From positions 510,001 through 542,000 of the forward strand of contig NZ_LT549890.1 in the NCBI RefSeq assembly GCF_900079115.1: a stretch of 32,000 nt of DNA, read 5' to 3'. The notes beneath the pieces were generated by a model, which worked only from the letters and a program-made list of their open reading frames with translations, did no database searches and was not told the origin of the DNA. Positions 25,268 to 32,000 of the stretch are shown here, piece by piece. Position 1 is the stretch's first letter. Every line of letters begins with the position of its first letter. This stretch comes from Saccharolobus solfataricus. Its GTDB lineage: Archaea > Thermoproteota > Thermoprotei_A > Sulfolobales > Sulfolobaceae. The translations under genes were made by a program, and so were the position numbers.

Positions 25268-25279
25268 TTAAAAAATTTT
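25268..25279 (-). promoter_or_regulatory. A/T tract serving as probable oligo-T terminator after the pyr leftward unit and/or TATA box of lrp
   Basis: The minus strand reads GAAAATTTTTTAAC about 20 nt after the MarC-like stop. The TTTTTTAA ends 24 nt upstream of the lrp ATG (25243). Confidence 0.4.
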
Positions 25280-25297
25280 CATCTTAAACAGAGTTCT

Positions 25298-25906
25298 TCA
25301 TATCAACTTTATTTGTGATATACCATCTATTATAAGCTGAACACCAAATGCTGCTATTATAATTGCCATAAATCTACCTACTGCTACTGTGCCTGTATTA
25401 CCTAATATTCTAATTATGATGGGACCTAATAGTAAAGATAGATAAACTAGTAGTGCAGCTAGTAAACTACCAAGAATTAAAATTATTAAATTATTACTAA
25501 CTGACAATGTAATTAATCCAGTCATTGTACCTGGACCTACGATAAGGGGGGTAGCAATAGGTGTAATTATGGCCTCCTCTATCCTGCTTGATAAAAACTT
25601 TAACTGTTGGAATCCTCCAAGTGTGTCTACGCCTAGGTAAACTAATATTATACCTCCACCTATCTCAAGTGCTGAAACACTTATTCCTAAGAAAGCTAAA
25701 AGGGGTCCGCCTAGTATTGAGAAAAATAAAAGTAAGACAGTAACTGCTATAGACAATTTGTTTACCAAAAATCTCCAGCTTATTTTATTTTGAGAATTGC
25801 GATTGAATTCCTCGTACAATGCAATAAGATAAGGAAGGATCGATAGTGGATCCATAATTGCATATAGCTTAAAGGCTATTTCTGGGATTGAAACTAACTC
25901 ACTCAT
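25298..25906 (-). CDS. MarC/UPF0056-family integral membrane protein (last gene of the leftward pyr transcription unit)
   Basis: 202 aa with about 6 TM segments. The N-terminal [15 protein letters not shown] resembles the MarC-family signature. ATGA overlap with the upstream ORF. Confidence 0.6.
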   Translation of the reverse strand: MSELVSIPEIAFKLYAIMDPLSILPYLIALYEEFNRNSQNKISWRFLVNKLSIAVTVLLLFFSILGGPLLAFLGISVSALEIGGGIILVYLGVDTLGGFQQLKFLSSRIEEAIITPIATPLIVGPGTMTGLITLSVSNNLIILILGSLLAALLVYLSLLLGPIIIRILGNTGTVAVGRFMAIIIAAFGVQLIIDGISQIKLI

Positions 25907-26214
25907 TCTAGCAGACTAAGAACTTCTTTAAGATTTTTAATCTTCTCATCATTATCGTTTGTGGTTAATGCTATTAGTAACTTGCCGAGAATAAAATAAA
26001 TTTTAGAAATTTCTTTTTTACAGTTATTGTTTGACTTATTTAATTCCTCTACCTTACTCTGGAGGCTCTGAACATTTAAATATATTTCACCTATTAATTC
26101 TTCAACGCTGTGTTCATGTTCATGCTCATGGGGATGGGATTCTTCTATTTCTCTTTGTATTTCCTCTATATCTTGTTCATTCTTAGGTATTTTATCAATT
26201 CTAAATTTACTCAT
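25903..26214 (-). CDS. Hypothetical coiled-coil protein with an HPHEHEHEH motif
   Basis: 103-aa ORF with ATGA overlaps on both sides. The His/Glu repeat is encoded at 26110-26136. Confidence 0.5.
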   Translation of the reverse strand: MSKFRIDKIPKNEQDIEEIQREIEESHPHEHEHEHSVEELIGEIYLNVQSLQSKVEELNKSNNNCKKEISKIYFILGKLLIALTTNDNDEKIKNLKEVLSLLE

Positions 26215-26510
26215 TCTTCCTTTTCCTCCTCTTCCGCCTGTGTATCTACATTAGCTACATTTCTCATATCAGTTTGCGTTATGATATAATTTCCTACACC
26301 TAACCTAATATAATGCTTAAGCACTGTAGAGATCTTACCTGCAGCTCTCAATGGTATACACTCCGTCTCTACTTCCTCTTTGGTATCAGTGATCCCTATT
26401 ACTTTAGCCATCTTCTTTTCTTCGTCACAATACTCTACTTTTACCTCCTTTAATCGCCCTAGGAATACTAATGTTTCTAAATCTCTTCCTTTCATTACTG
26501 GCCTAACCAT
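26211..26510 (-). CDS. Hypothetical protein (99 aa) immediately downstream of pyrD
   Basis: The ATG lies 1 nt after the pyrD stop, and there is an ATGA overlap with the next ORF. Acidic tail EEEEKEE. No motif recognised. Confidence 0.5.
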   Translation of the reverse strand: MVRPVMKGRDLETLVFLGRLKEVKVEYCDEEKKMAKVIGITDTKEEVETECIPLRAAGKISTVLKHYIRLGVGNYIITQTDMRNVANVDTQAEEEEKEE

Positions 26511-26511
26511 T

Positions 26512-27384
26512 TTATTTTCTCACTGAAATACCTATAATATCTTCAAATTTTAAACCCTTTTCAAGTAAATAGGACTGCAAACCCTTCCGAATTTCCTCAA
26601 TTACACTAAATCCTTTCTCGATTAATACAGTACCCAGGCCTACCAATTTAGCACCAGCTGCCAACATACCAATTACATCAGTCCAATCATACACACCCCC
26701 AACTCCTATAATGTCAACTCCATACTCTTCGTAAACATCTTTAATTATCCTAAGAGCAATAGGATAAAGGCATCTGCCAGAAACGCCTCCTGTACCATAA
26801 TAGAGAATTGGCTTGAAAGTCTCTACATCAATAATTAGTCCCTTTATAGTATTTATAAGGGTAAGTCCATCAGCACCTTTCTCTAAAGCTTTCCCTGCAA
26901 GCTCAATAACGTTATCCCAAGGACCTAATTTAACAAATACTGGTAATTTAGTCACACTTTTGACACTTTCAATTATATCCCCAATTAACTTAGATAATGA
27001 TTCCCCGTAACCCTTTCTGTTAGGACTACTCACGTTTATTTCTATTATCTTCGCCTTACTCTGAACAACTTCAACCACTTCTTTTATCTCGTTTATGGAG
27101 GAACCACCAACGCTTACTATAAGGGGACATAAAACGCCAATTTCATTTATTGCCTTAGCACCGGGATTTCCTAAACCTATAGCGTTCATATAGATACCAT
27201 CGTGAAGTTTGATGACTGTAGGAGGCTTATGAGGTTCTAAGGGGTTAAGTGTTACTGTCTTCGTGGTAATTGCAGAGGGTTTATATTTTTCGCAAATTGT
27301 CTCCACATAATTTGGAACATCTGGTATGATTCCAGAGGCTATTATTAAAGGGTCGTTTAGTGTGATATTTTTTATCGTAATCAT
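26512..27384 (-). CDS. pyrD: Dihydroorotate dehydrogenase catalytic subunit (class 1-like, Ser active-site variant)
   Basis: 290 aa. [22 protein letters not shown] (catalytic-base loop) and GVGGV motifs. Confidence 0.92.
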   Translation of the reverse strand: MITIKNITLNDPLIIASGIIPDVPNYVETICEKYKPSAITTKTVTLNPLEPHKPPTVIKLHDGIYMNAIGLGNPGAKAINEIGVLCPLIVSVGGSSINEIKEVVEVVQSKAKIIEINVSSPNRKGYGESLSKLIGDIIESVKSVTKLPVFVKLGPWDNVIELAGKALEKGADGLTLINTIKGLIIDVETFKPILYYGTGGVSGRCLYPIALRIIKDVYEEYGVDIIGVGGVYDWTDVIGMLAAGAKLVGLGTVLIEKGFSVIEEIRKGLQSYLLEKGLKFEDIIGISVRK

Positions 27385-28553
27385 TTATTCTCACCAAACG
27401 GATTTATTCCCTTCACTGGAAATACCTCTCCCTCCAAACTACCTACCTTACCTTGAATGATAGTCATGTAAATCGAAGCTCTTAGCGGAAATCCATCTAG
27501 AGGAGTTTCAATAACCTTAGAATATTTAGTCGAATATCTCCAATCTTTAAATTGAATAATAGTAAAATTAGCATAGTTATTCTCCTTAATCTCGCCGTAG
27601 GGGATATTTAATATCCTAGCTGGATTTGTAGAAATGAGTTCTACTGCTCTATCAATACTAATTATACCTTTGCTAACTAACGTTAATATAAAAGGAACTG
27701 TAAATGAAAGAGCAGCTATGCCAGGTGGACATATCTCGTAAGGTTGCTGTTTTTCAAAACTCGCATGAGGAGCATGATCGCTTACAACTGTATCTACTTC
27801 ATTTATAGCTTGCAATAGCCAAAGCCTTTCATTTGTATCTCTTATTGGTGGATTCACTTTGGTTAGACATTCCTTTTCTCTATCTACTAACAAGTGATGT
27901 GGCGTTATATCTACAGTAAAACCCAGCTCCTTAGCTAATCTTACAGTACGTATATTAGTTGCATGCGTTATGTGAACATTTTGATACCCTTTTACATAAT
28001 ATAATGCTCCTATCTCATACCATATATTCAATCTTAACTTTCTATTACCCCTTAATGCTAACGGAACTTCAGGGTGAAGGATTTTCAGTTTCATAGATTT
28101 TAAAACCTCTAACGTCTCTTCTTTCTCTAAATCTTCTGGGAATATCTTATAACCAGCTATAGGGAATTTATCAACTTTCTTTAAATCCTTAGTAACACCA
28201 GAGTACACGAAATAGTCAACCCTAGAGTAATATTCAAACTCTCTTAACTTGGCAGTTATTGTCTCCATCGTGTTTACGAAAGGCACACTATTTGGCATAT
28301 CTCCTATTAATGTAATCCCACCGTAAGAGGCTTCACTGGTACCTGATACTACATCTTCCTTATAAGCCAATTTCAATCCTCTTATGTGAGTGTGAAGATC
28401 TATTGCCCCAGGCAATATTAATGTACCTTTTGGTAATGCAATATCTGGTTTACAAATTGATTTAATTTCCTTTATTCTCCTATCGAAATTTATACAAACA
28501 TCCCTAATCTCCTTACTTAAGTACGCCTTTCCCATAATCCACAAGATCATCAA
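27381..28553 (-). CDS. pyrC: Dihydroorotase
   Basis: Amidohydrolase fold: [13 protein letters not shown] (HxH) and a later VSDHAPH. Clustered starts at TTG 28553, ATG 28550 and ATG 28535, all overlapping the upstream gene. Confidence 0.88.
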   Translation of the reverse strand: MMILWIMGKAYLSKEIRDVCINFDRRIKEIKSICKPDIALPKGTLILPGAIDLHTHIRGLKLAYKEDVVSGTSEASYGGITLIGDMPNSVPFVNTMETITAKLREFEYYSRVDYFVYSGVTKDLKKVDKFPIAGYKIFPEDLEKEETLEVLKSMKLKILHPEVPLALRGNRKLRLNIWYEIGALYYVKGYQNVHITHATNIRTVRLAKELGFTVDITPHHLLVDREKECLTKVNPPIRDTNERLWLLQAINEVDTVVSDHAPHASFEKQQPYEICPPGIAALSFTVPFILTLVSKGIISIDRAVELISTNPARILNIPYGEIKENNYANFTIIQFKDWRYSTKYSKVIETPLDGFPLRASIYMTIIQGKVGSLEGEVFPVKGINPFGENK

Positions 28554-29139
28554 ACCTCATGAAAGGACCATCTATACAAGTTAATTTACCTTTAACTTCA
28601 CATAACCCACACACTCCTAGATTACAATTCATTTTAACCCATCTATTATAGACTAAGGTTTTCTCTCCGGGGATCTTTAATTCATATAGGAGTTGTAACG
28701 GTGCCGAAACTAAAATTAGATCAGCATCTTCAATATTTTTAGGCTCTTCATAATTTAATTTGCAATCTATACACTTTGCAAAAGTTTCTATCTTACTCCT
28801 ATAAGCGACCTTTAAAGGATATAATAAGTCATGGTAAAGTTTGCCATAAGCTATACCAACAATAATCCTTACGTTAGTAAAGTCTAGGGGTTTACCTAAA
28901 GGACCCTTTAATATTACTCTTTTACCTATCTCGTTAGCTAATTTTTCTGACTCAACATAAAGTCTAAGTTCATTATTATCTTCATCATAGTCTCCGACAC
29001 CTAAGGGTATTTCAGCCTTGCTAGGCAGTATTAAGCTCACGTATTGTCCTGCTTTTGGTTTAACGCTAAAGTTAGCTATTTTTATTTCATACACATTATC
29101 TACGTTTTTCCTTTTCTCGATAACTTCATAATATATCAT
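28513..29139 (-). CDS. pyrK: PyrK-like DHOD electron-transfer subunit (short, 2Fe-2S motif retained)
   Basis: The C-terminal [23 protein letters not shown] matches the PyrK [2Fe-2S] cysteine pattern. The N-terminal beta-barrel-like GQYVSLILP is present, but the RxYS-type FAD motif and the GGxGxxP NAD motif are not recognisable. Confidence 0.75.
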   Translation of the reverse strand: MIYYEVIEKRKNVDNVYEIKIANFSVKPKAGQYVSLILPSKAEIPLGVGDYDEDNNELRLYVESEKLANEIGKRVILKGPLGKPLDFTNVRIIVGIAYGKLYHDLLYPLKVAYRSKIETFAKCIDCKLNYEEPKNIEDADLILVSAPLQLLYELKIPGEKTLVYNRWVKMNCNLGVCGLCEVKGKLTCIDGPFMRFDDLVDYGKGVLK

Positions 29140-29615
29140 AGTATCTGCCTTATGACATCATCTTCAGTAATATACATCTCACAATACTTACACTTTAGCT
29201 TAAGAGGTTTAATTGAAATCGTTATAAATCTACTTTCCGCTTCAACATCATTATTTGTTATACATTGGGGATTAGGACATTTTATTAATCCTCTAATCTG
29301 TTTTGGAACTTCTAAATGTCTTTTCTCTGTCACCACGTAATCTCTTATAATGTTTATGGTAGCAGACGGCGCTATTAGTGTTATTAGACTAGCTTCTTTC
29401 TCATCAATCACTCTGTCCTCAATTTTCACTATATCTTTCCTTCCTATTTTTTTACTTTCCACATTCATAACTAGAGCTACTCTATAGCCCTCACTTCCTC
29501 TTATCCCTAGAATTCTCAATACTGCCAATGCTCTACCAGCTGGAATGTGATCAATTACTGTACCATTCCTTATTTTACTTACAATTAATTCATCCCTTTT
29601 TGAAGAGCTAATCAT
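29136..29615 (-). CDS. pyrI: Aspartate carbamoyltransferase regulatory chain
   Basis: [16 protein letters not shown] and the Zn-domain cysteines CPNPQC...CKYCE. ATG 29615 lies 8 nt after a GGTGA. The GTG at 29627 is an alternative. Confidence 0.92.
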   Translation of the reverse strand: MISSSKRDELIVSKIRNGTVIDHIPAGRALAVLRILGIRGSEGYRVALVMNVESKKIGRKDIVKIEDRVIDEKEASLITLIAPSATINIIRDYVVTEKRHLEVPKQIRGLIKCPNPQCITNNDVEAESRFITISIKPLKLKCKYCEMYITEDDVIRQIL

Positions 29616-30519
29616 CTTCCCTATCACCCAAAACTTCGTAAAATAGAGCCATTCTAACTGGTACAGCTAATGACGCTTGATAGAAGTATTTAGCGTTTAC
29701 AGTTTTATCAACTCTCCTGTCTATTTCGGTAACCCTAGGTAATGGATGCAATATGATTCCATCTTTCTTCATCATATTAACTAACTTGAGATCGACCACA
29801 TAACTCTCCTTAACTTTCTCGTATTCTACTTCATCAACAAATCTTTCTTTTTGAATTCTAGTCACATATAATACGTCAATCTCTTGGATCACATCATAGG
29901 GATTTTCAGTTTCTATAACTGGATAATTTAATTCATCTAATATTTCTCTTCTAACCTTTAATTGAGAAGGAGAAATTAGAAATACCTTCTTTGGTTTGAA
30001 TCTAGTTAACGCTCTTAGCAAACTATTCACAGTTCTTGCGTATTTCAGATCTCCTAATAATGCAAAAGTCCTCCCATCTATTTCACCAAACGCCTTATAT
30101 ACAGTATATAAATCTATAACTGCTTGTGTAGGATGCTCATGCTTTCCATCTCCAGCATTAATTATAGGTATATCGCTTATCTCACTTGCGAATAATGCTG
30201 CCCCATCAAACTTATGTCTCATTACAATACAGTTTGAATAGTTGTTTAGCATCCTAATGGTATCAGCCAAATTTTCACCTTTTGCTATCGAAGTAGACTC
30301 CTCGGATGCAAATCCTATCACATCAGCACCTAATTTTATTGCTGCAGTATGAAAGCTTTGAGCAGTTCTAGTACTTGGCTCAAAGAATGCTAATGAAACT
30401 ACTTTCCCTGATAGATAATTTAGTTTTTTTACATCATAGAACTTGTCTGCAAGTTCGAATATTCTAAAGTAGTCATCTCTGGTCAAGTCAAGCGACGAAA
30501 CTACGTGTCTTAATCTCAC
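29608..30519 (-). CDS. pyrB: Aspartate carbamoyltransferase catalytic chain
   Basis: STRT ([10 protein letters not shown]), HPTQA and HPLPR motifs. GTG start. Confidence 0.95.
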   Translation of the reverse strand: MRLRHVVSSLDLTRDDYFRIFELADKFYDVKKLNYLSGKVVSLAFFEPSTRTAQSFHTAAIKLGADVIGFASEESTSIAKGENLADTIRMLNNYSNCIVMRHKFDGAALFASEISDIPIINAGDGKHEHPTQAVIDLYTVYKAFGEIDGRTFALLGDLKYARTVNSLLRALTRFKPKKVFLISPSQLKVRREILDELNYPVIETENPYDVIQEIDVLYVTRIQKERFVDEVEYEKVKESYVVDLKLVNMMKKDGIILHPLPRVTEIDRRVDKTVNAKYFYQASLAVPVRMALFYEVLGDREDD

Positions 30520-30582
30520 AAAGCCCTTATAACTGGTTATGATAGAAGTATATTTAAATTCTTTTTCACAGAGTCTCTACGT
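30520..30582. promoter_or_regulatory. Bipolar pyrB/pyrE promoter region with a central shared TATA-like element (30549-30560)
   Basis: A 63-bp spacer separates the divergent starts. TATTTAAA (30551-30558) reads TTTAAATA on the other strand. Purine-rich BRE-like flanks are present on both sides. It lies 24 nt from the pyrE ATG and 31 nt from the pyrB GTG. Confidence 0.55.
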
Positions 30583-31170
30583 ATGAATTTCGCAGAAGTC
30601 TTACTCGAAAGGAAATTATTATTAATAGGAAGTTTCGTTTTAACATCAGGTAAGGTTAGTCCATATTACTTAGACTTAAGACCTTTACCAAATTATCCAG
30701 AATTTTACGATATAGTTAATCAAGCTATAAAGAAAGCAAAAGATATACCCCATGATATAATAGTAGGAATAGCCACTGGAGGAGTTCCCTTATCGGCATT
30801 CATAGCTTGTAACCTTAAAGAGCCTATGGGATATATTAGAATAGAAAAGAAAGGTCATGGAACTAATCGTACATTAGAACTCGATGTAAAAGGAAAAAGA
30901 GTATTGTTAGTAGATGACGTTGCAACTACAGGAGTATCCATAGAGAAAGCAACATTGGAGATTCTTAACGGTGGAGGTAAAGTTTCAGACGCACTAGTAA
31001 TCATAGATAGACAAGAAGGGGCTTCACAAAGATTGGAAAAACTAGGAGTCAAATTACACTCTCTATTTAAAATTTCAGAAATTCTAGATGAATTGTTGAA
31101 GAGTGATAAACTTAAGGATAATGAAAAGAAGTCAATTCTAGATTATTTGGTGAAGAATGTTGAAAAGTAG
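30583..31170 (+). CDS. pyrE: Orotate phosphoribosyltransferase
   Basis: PRPP-binding loop [13 protein letters not shown] and N-terminal [10 protein letters not shown]. Confidence 0.93.
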   Translation: MNFAEVLLERKLLLIGSFVLTSGKVSPYYLDLRPLPNYPEFYDIVNQAIKKAKDIPHDIIVGIATGGVPLSAFIACNLKEPMGYIRIEKKGHGTNRTLELDVKGKRVLLVDDVATTGVSIEKATLEILNGGGKVSDALVIIDRQEGASQRLEKLGVKLHSLFKISEILDELLKSDKLKDNEKKSILDYLVKNVEK

Positions 31171-31825
31171 AGTAATATTAGCAATGGATAAACCTCTCTC
31201 ATATCAAGTTCTTAAAGAGATGGAAAATGAGTTATATGGGATAAAAGTTGGTTTACCTTTAGTTTTAGATCTAGGAGTGGATAAAACTAGAGAGCTCTTA
31301 ATTGGTTTAGACGTGGAGGAAATTATTGTTGATTTTAAGCTTGCAGATATCGGATACATAATGAAAAGCATAGTTGAAAGATTATCTTTCGCCAACTCGT
31401 TCATAGCACATTCCTTTATAGGCGTTAAGGGATCTCTAGATGAATTAAAAAGATATCTTGATGCAAACTCTAAAAATTTATACTTAGTTGCCGTAATGTC
31501 ACATGAAGGATGGAGTACGTTATTCGCAGACTATATTAAAAACGTTATAAGAGAGATAAGCCCAAAAGGAATAGTAGTTGGAGGGACTAAATTAGATCAT
31601 ATAACGCAGTATAGGAGAGACTTCGAAAAAATGACCATAGTCTCTCCGGGTATGGGTAGTCAAGGTGGAAGTTATGGCGATGCAGTATGTGCTGGAGCGG
31701 ATTATGAAATCATTGGAAGAAGTATTTATAATGCAGGGAATCCATTAACAGCATTAAGAACTATAAATAAGATTATCGAGGATAAGGTGATGAAATGTAA
31801 AGGAGCAATTTTTAGGAAAAAATGA
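31157..31825 (+). CDS. pyrF: Orotidine 5'-phosphate decarboxylase
   Basis: ILAMDKP and DFKLADIG (DxKxxD) motifs. Overlaps pyrE by 14 nt. Confidence 0.9.
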   Translation: MLKSRVILAMDKPLSYQVLKEMENELYGIKVGLPLVLDLGVDKTRELLIGLDVEEIIVDFKLADIGYIMKSIVERLSFANSFIAHSFIGVKGSLDELKRYLDANSKNLYLVAVMSHEGWSTLFADYIKNVIREISPKGIVVGGTKLDHITQYRRDFEKMTIVSPGMGSQGGSYGDAVCAGADYEIIGRSIYNAGNPLTALRTINKIIEDKVMKCKGAIFRKK

Positions 31826-32000
31826 AATTAGTGAAAAAATAGCCGGTCTTTATAAACTAACATTAATAGGGGAAAATCTACACGAGGAATATGGCGTAAT
31901 TCCAACAACAGATTTAACTTATATTTATATAGATAGAGATTATGAATTTGATCTCGAAAACGATTTAGTCAAAAAGGGTAGAAGTGTGTATGAGTATTTT
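31822..32000 (+). CDS. Possible 5' part of a gene downstream of pyrF, interrupted by a frame change at an A6 run
   Basis: ATG 31822 overlaps the pyrF stop (ATGA) but reads ATG AAA TTA GTG AAA AAA TAG. The -1 frame is open from 31794 to the window end (69 codons) with no ATG/GTG/TTG before 31986. Confidence 0.3.

Overview
This is a compact, AT-rich, almost fully coding crenarchaeal chromosome segment. Protein sequences and gene order point to Sulfolobaceae, most likely the Saccharolobus (Sulfolobus) solfataricus/islandicus group. The supporting landmarks are hjc, ilvB-ilvN-ilvC, a hisC-G-A-B(d)-F-D-E-H-I cluster, and a bipolar pyrimidine locus (pyrE-pyrF diverging from pyrB-pyrI-pyrK'-pyrC-pyrD plus three unknown ORFs). 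The rest is also core housekeeping: LeuRS, SerRS, SAM decarboxylase, DGGGP synthase, a TtuA/Ncs6-type tRNA thiolase, a PduO-type adenosyltransferase, Lrp, a circularly permuted GTPase and a radical SAM protein. I see no CRISPR array, IS element or transposase, integrase, tRNA or rRNA gene, toxin-antitoxin pair or defence-island-like gene set. I therefore cannot support a claim of a new multi-gene system here. The findings most worth a second look are at sequence level. (1) Three genes (hisI, a geranylgeranyl-reductase-like flavoprotein, and the ORF after pyrF) have conserved or open N-terminal coding sequence with no ATG/GTG/TTG. Two of these share an ATG...AAA-TAG arrangement in which a -1 shift or one extra A restores the frame. 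(2) Three unknown-function ORFs are translationally welded to the end of the pyr operon. (3) A DUF211 gene overlaps a TtuA-like thiolase gene. (4) DGGGP synthase sits next to a short GGR paralogue. (5) One quasi-palindromic TATA element appears shared by pyrB and pyrE. (6) Divergent start codons lie 1 nt apart at hisC. All calls rest on motif recognition by eye; no searches were run.
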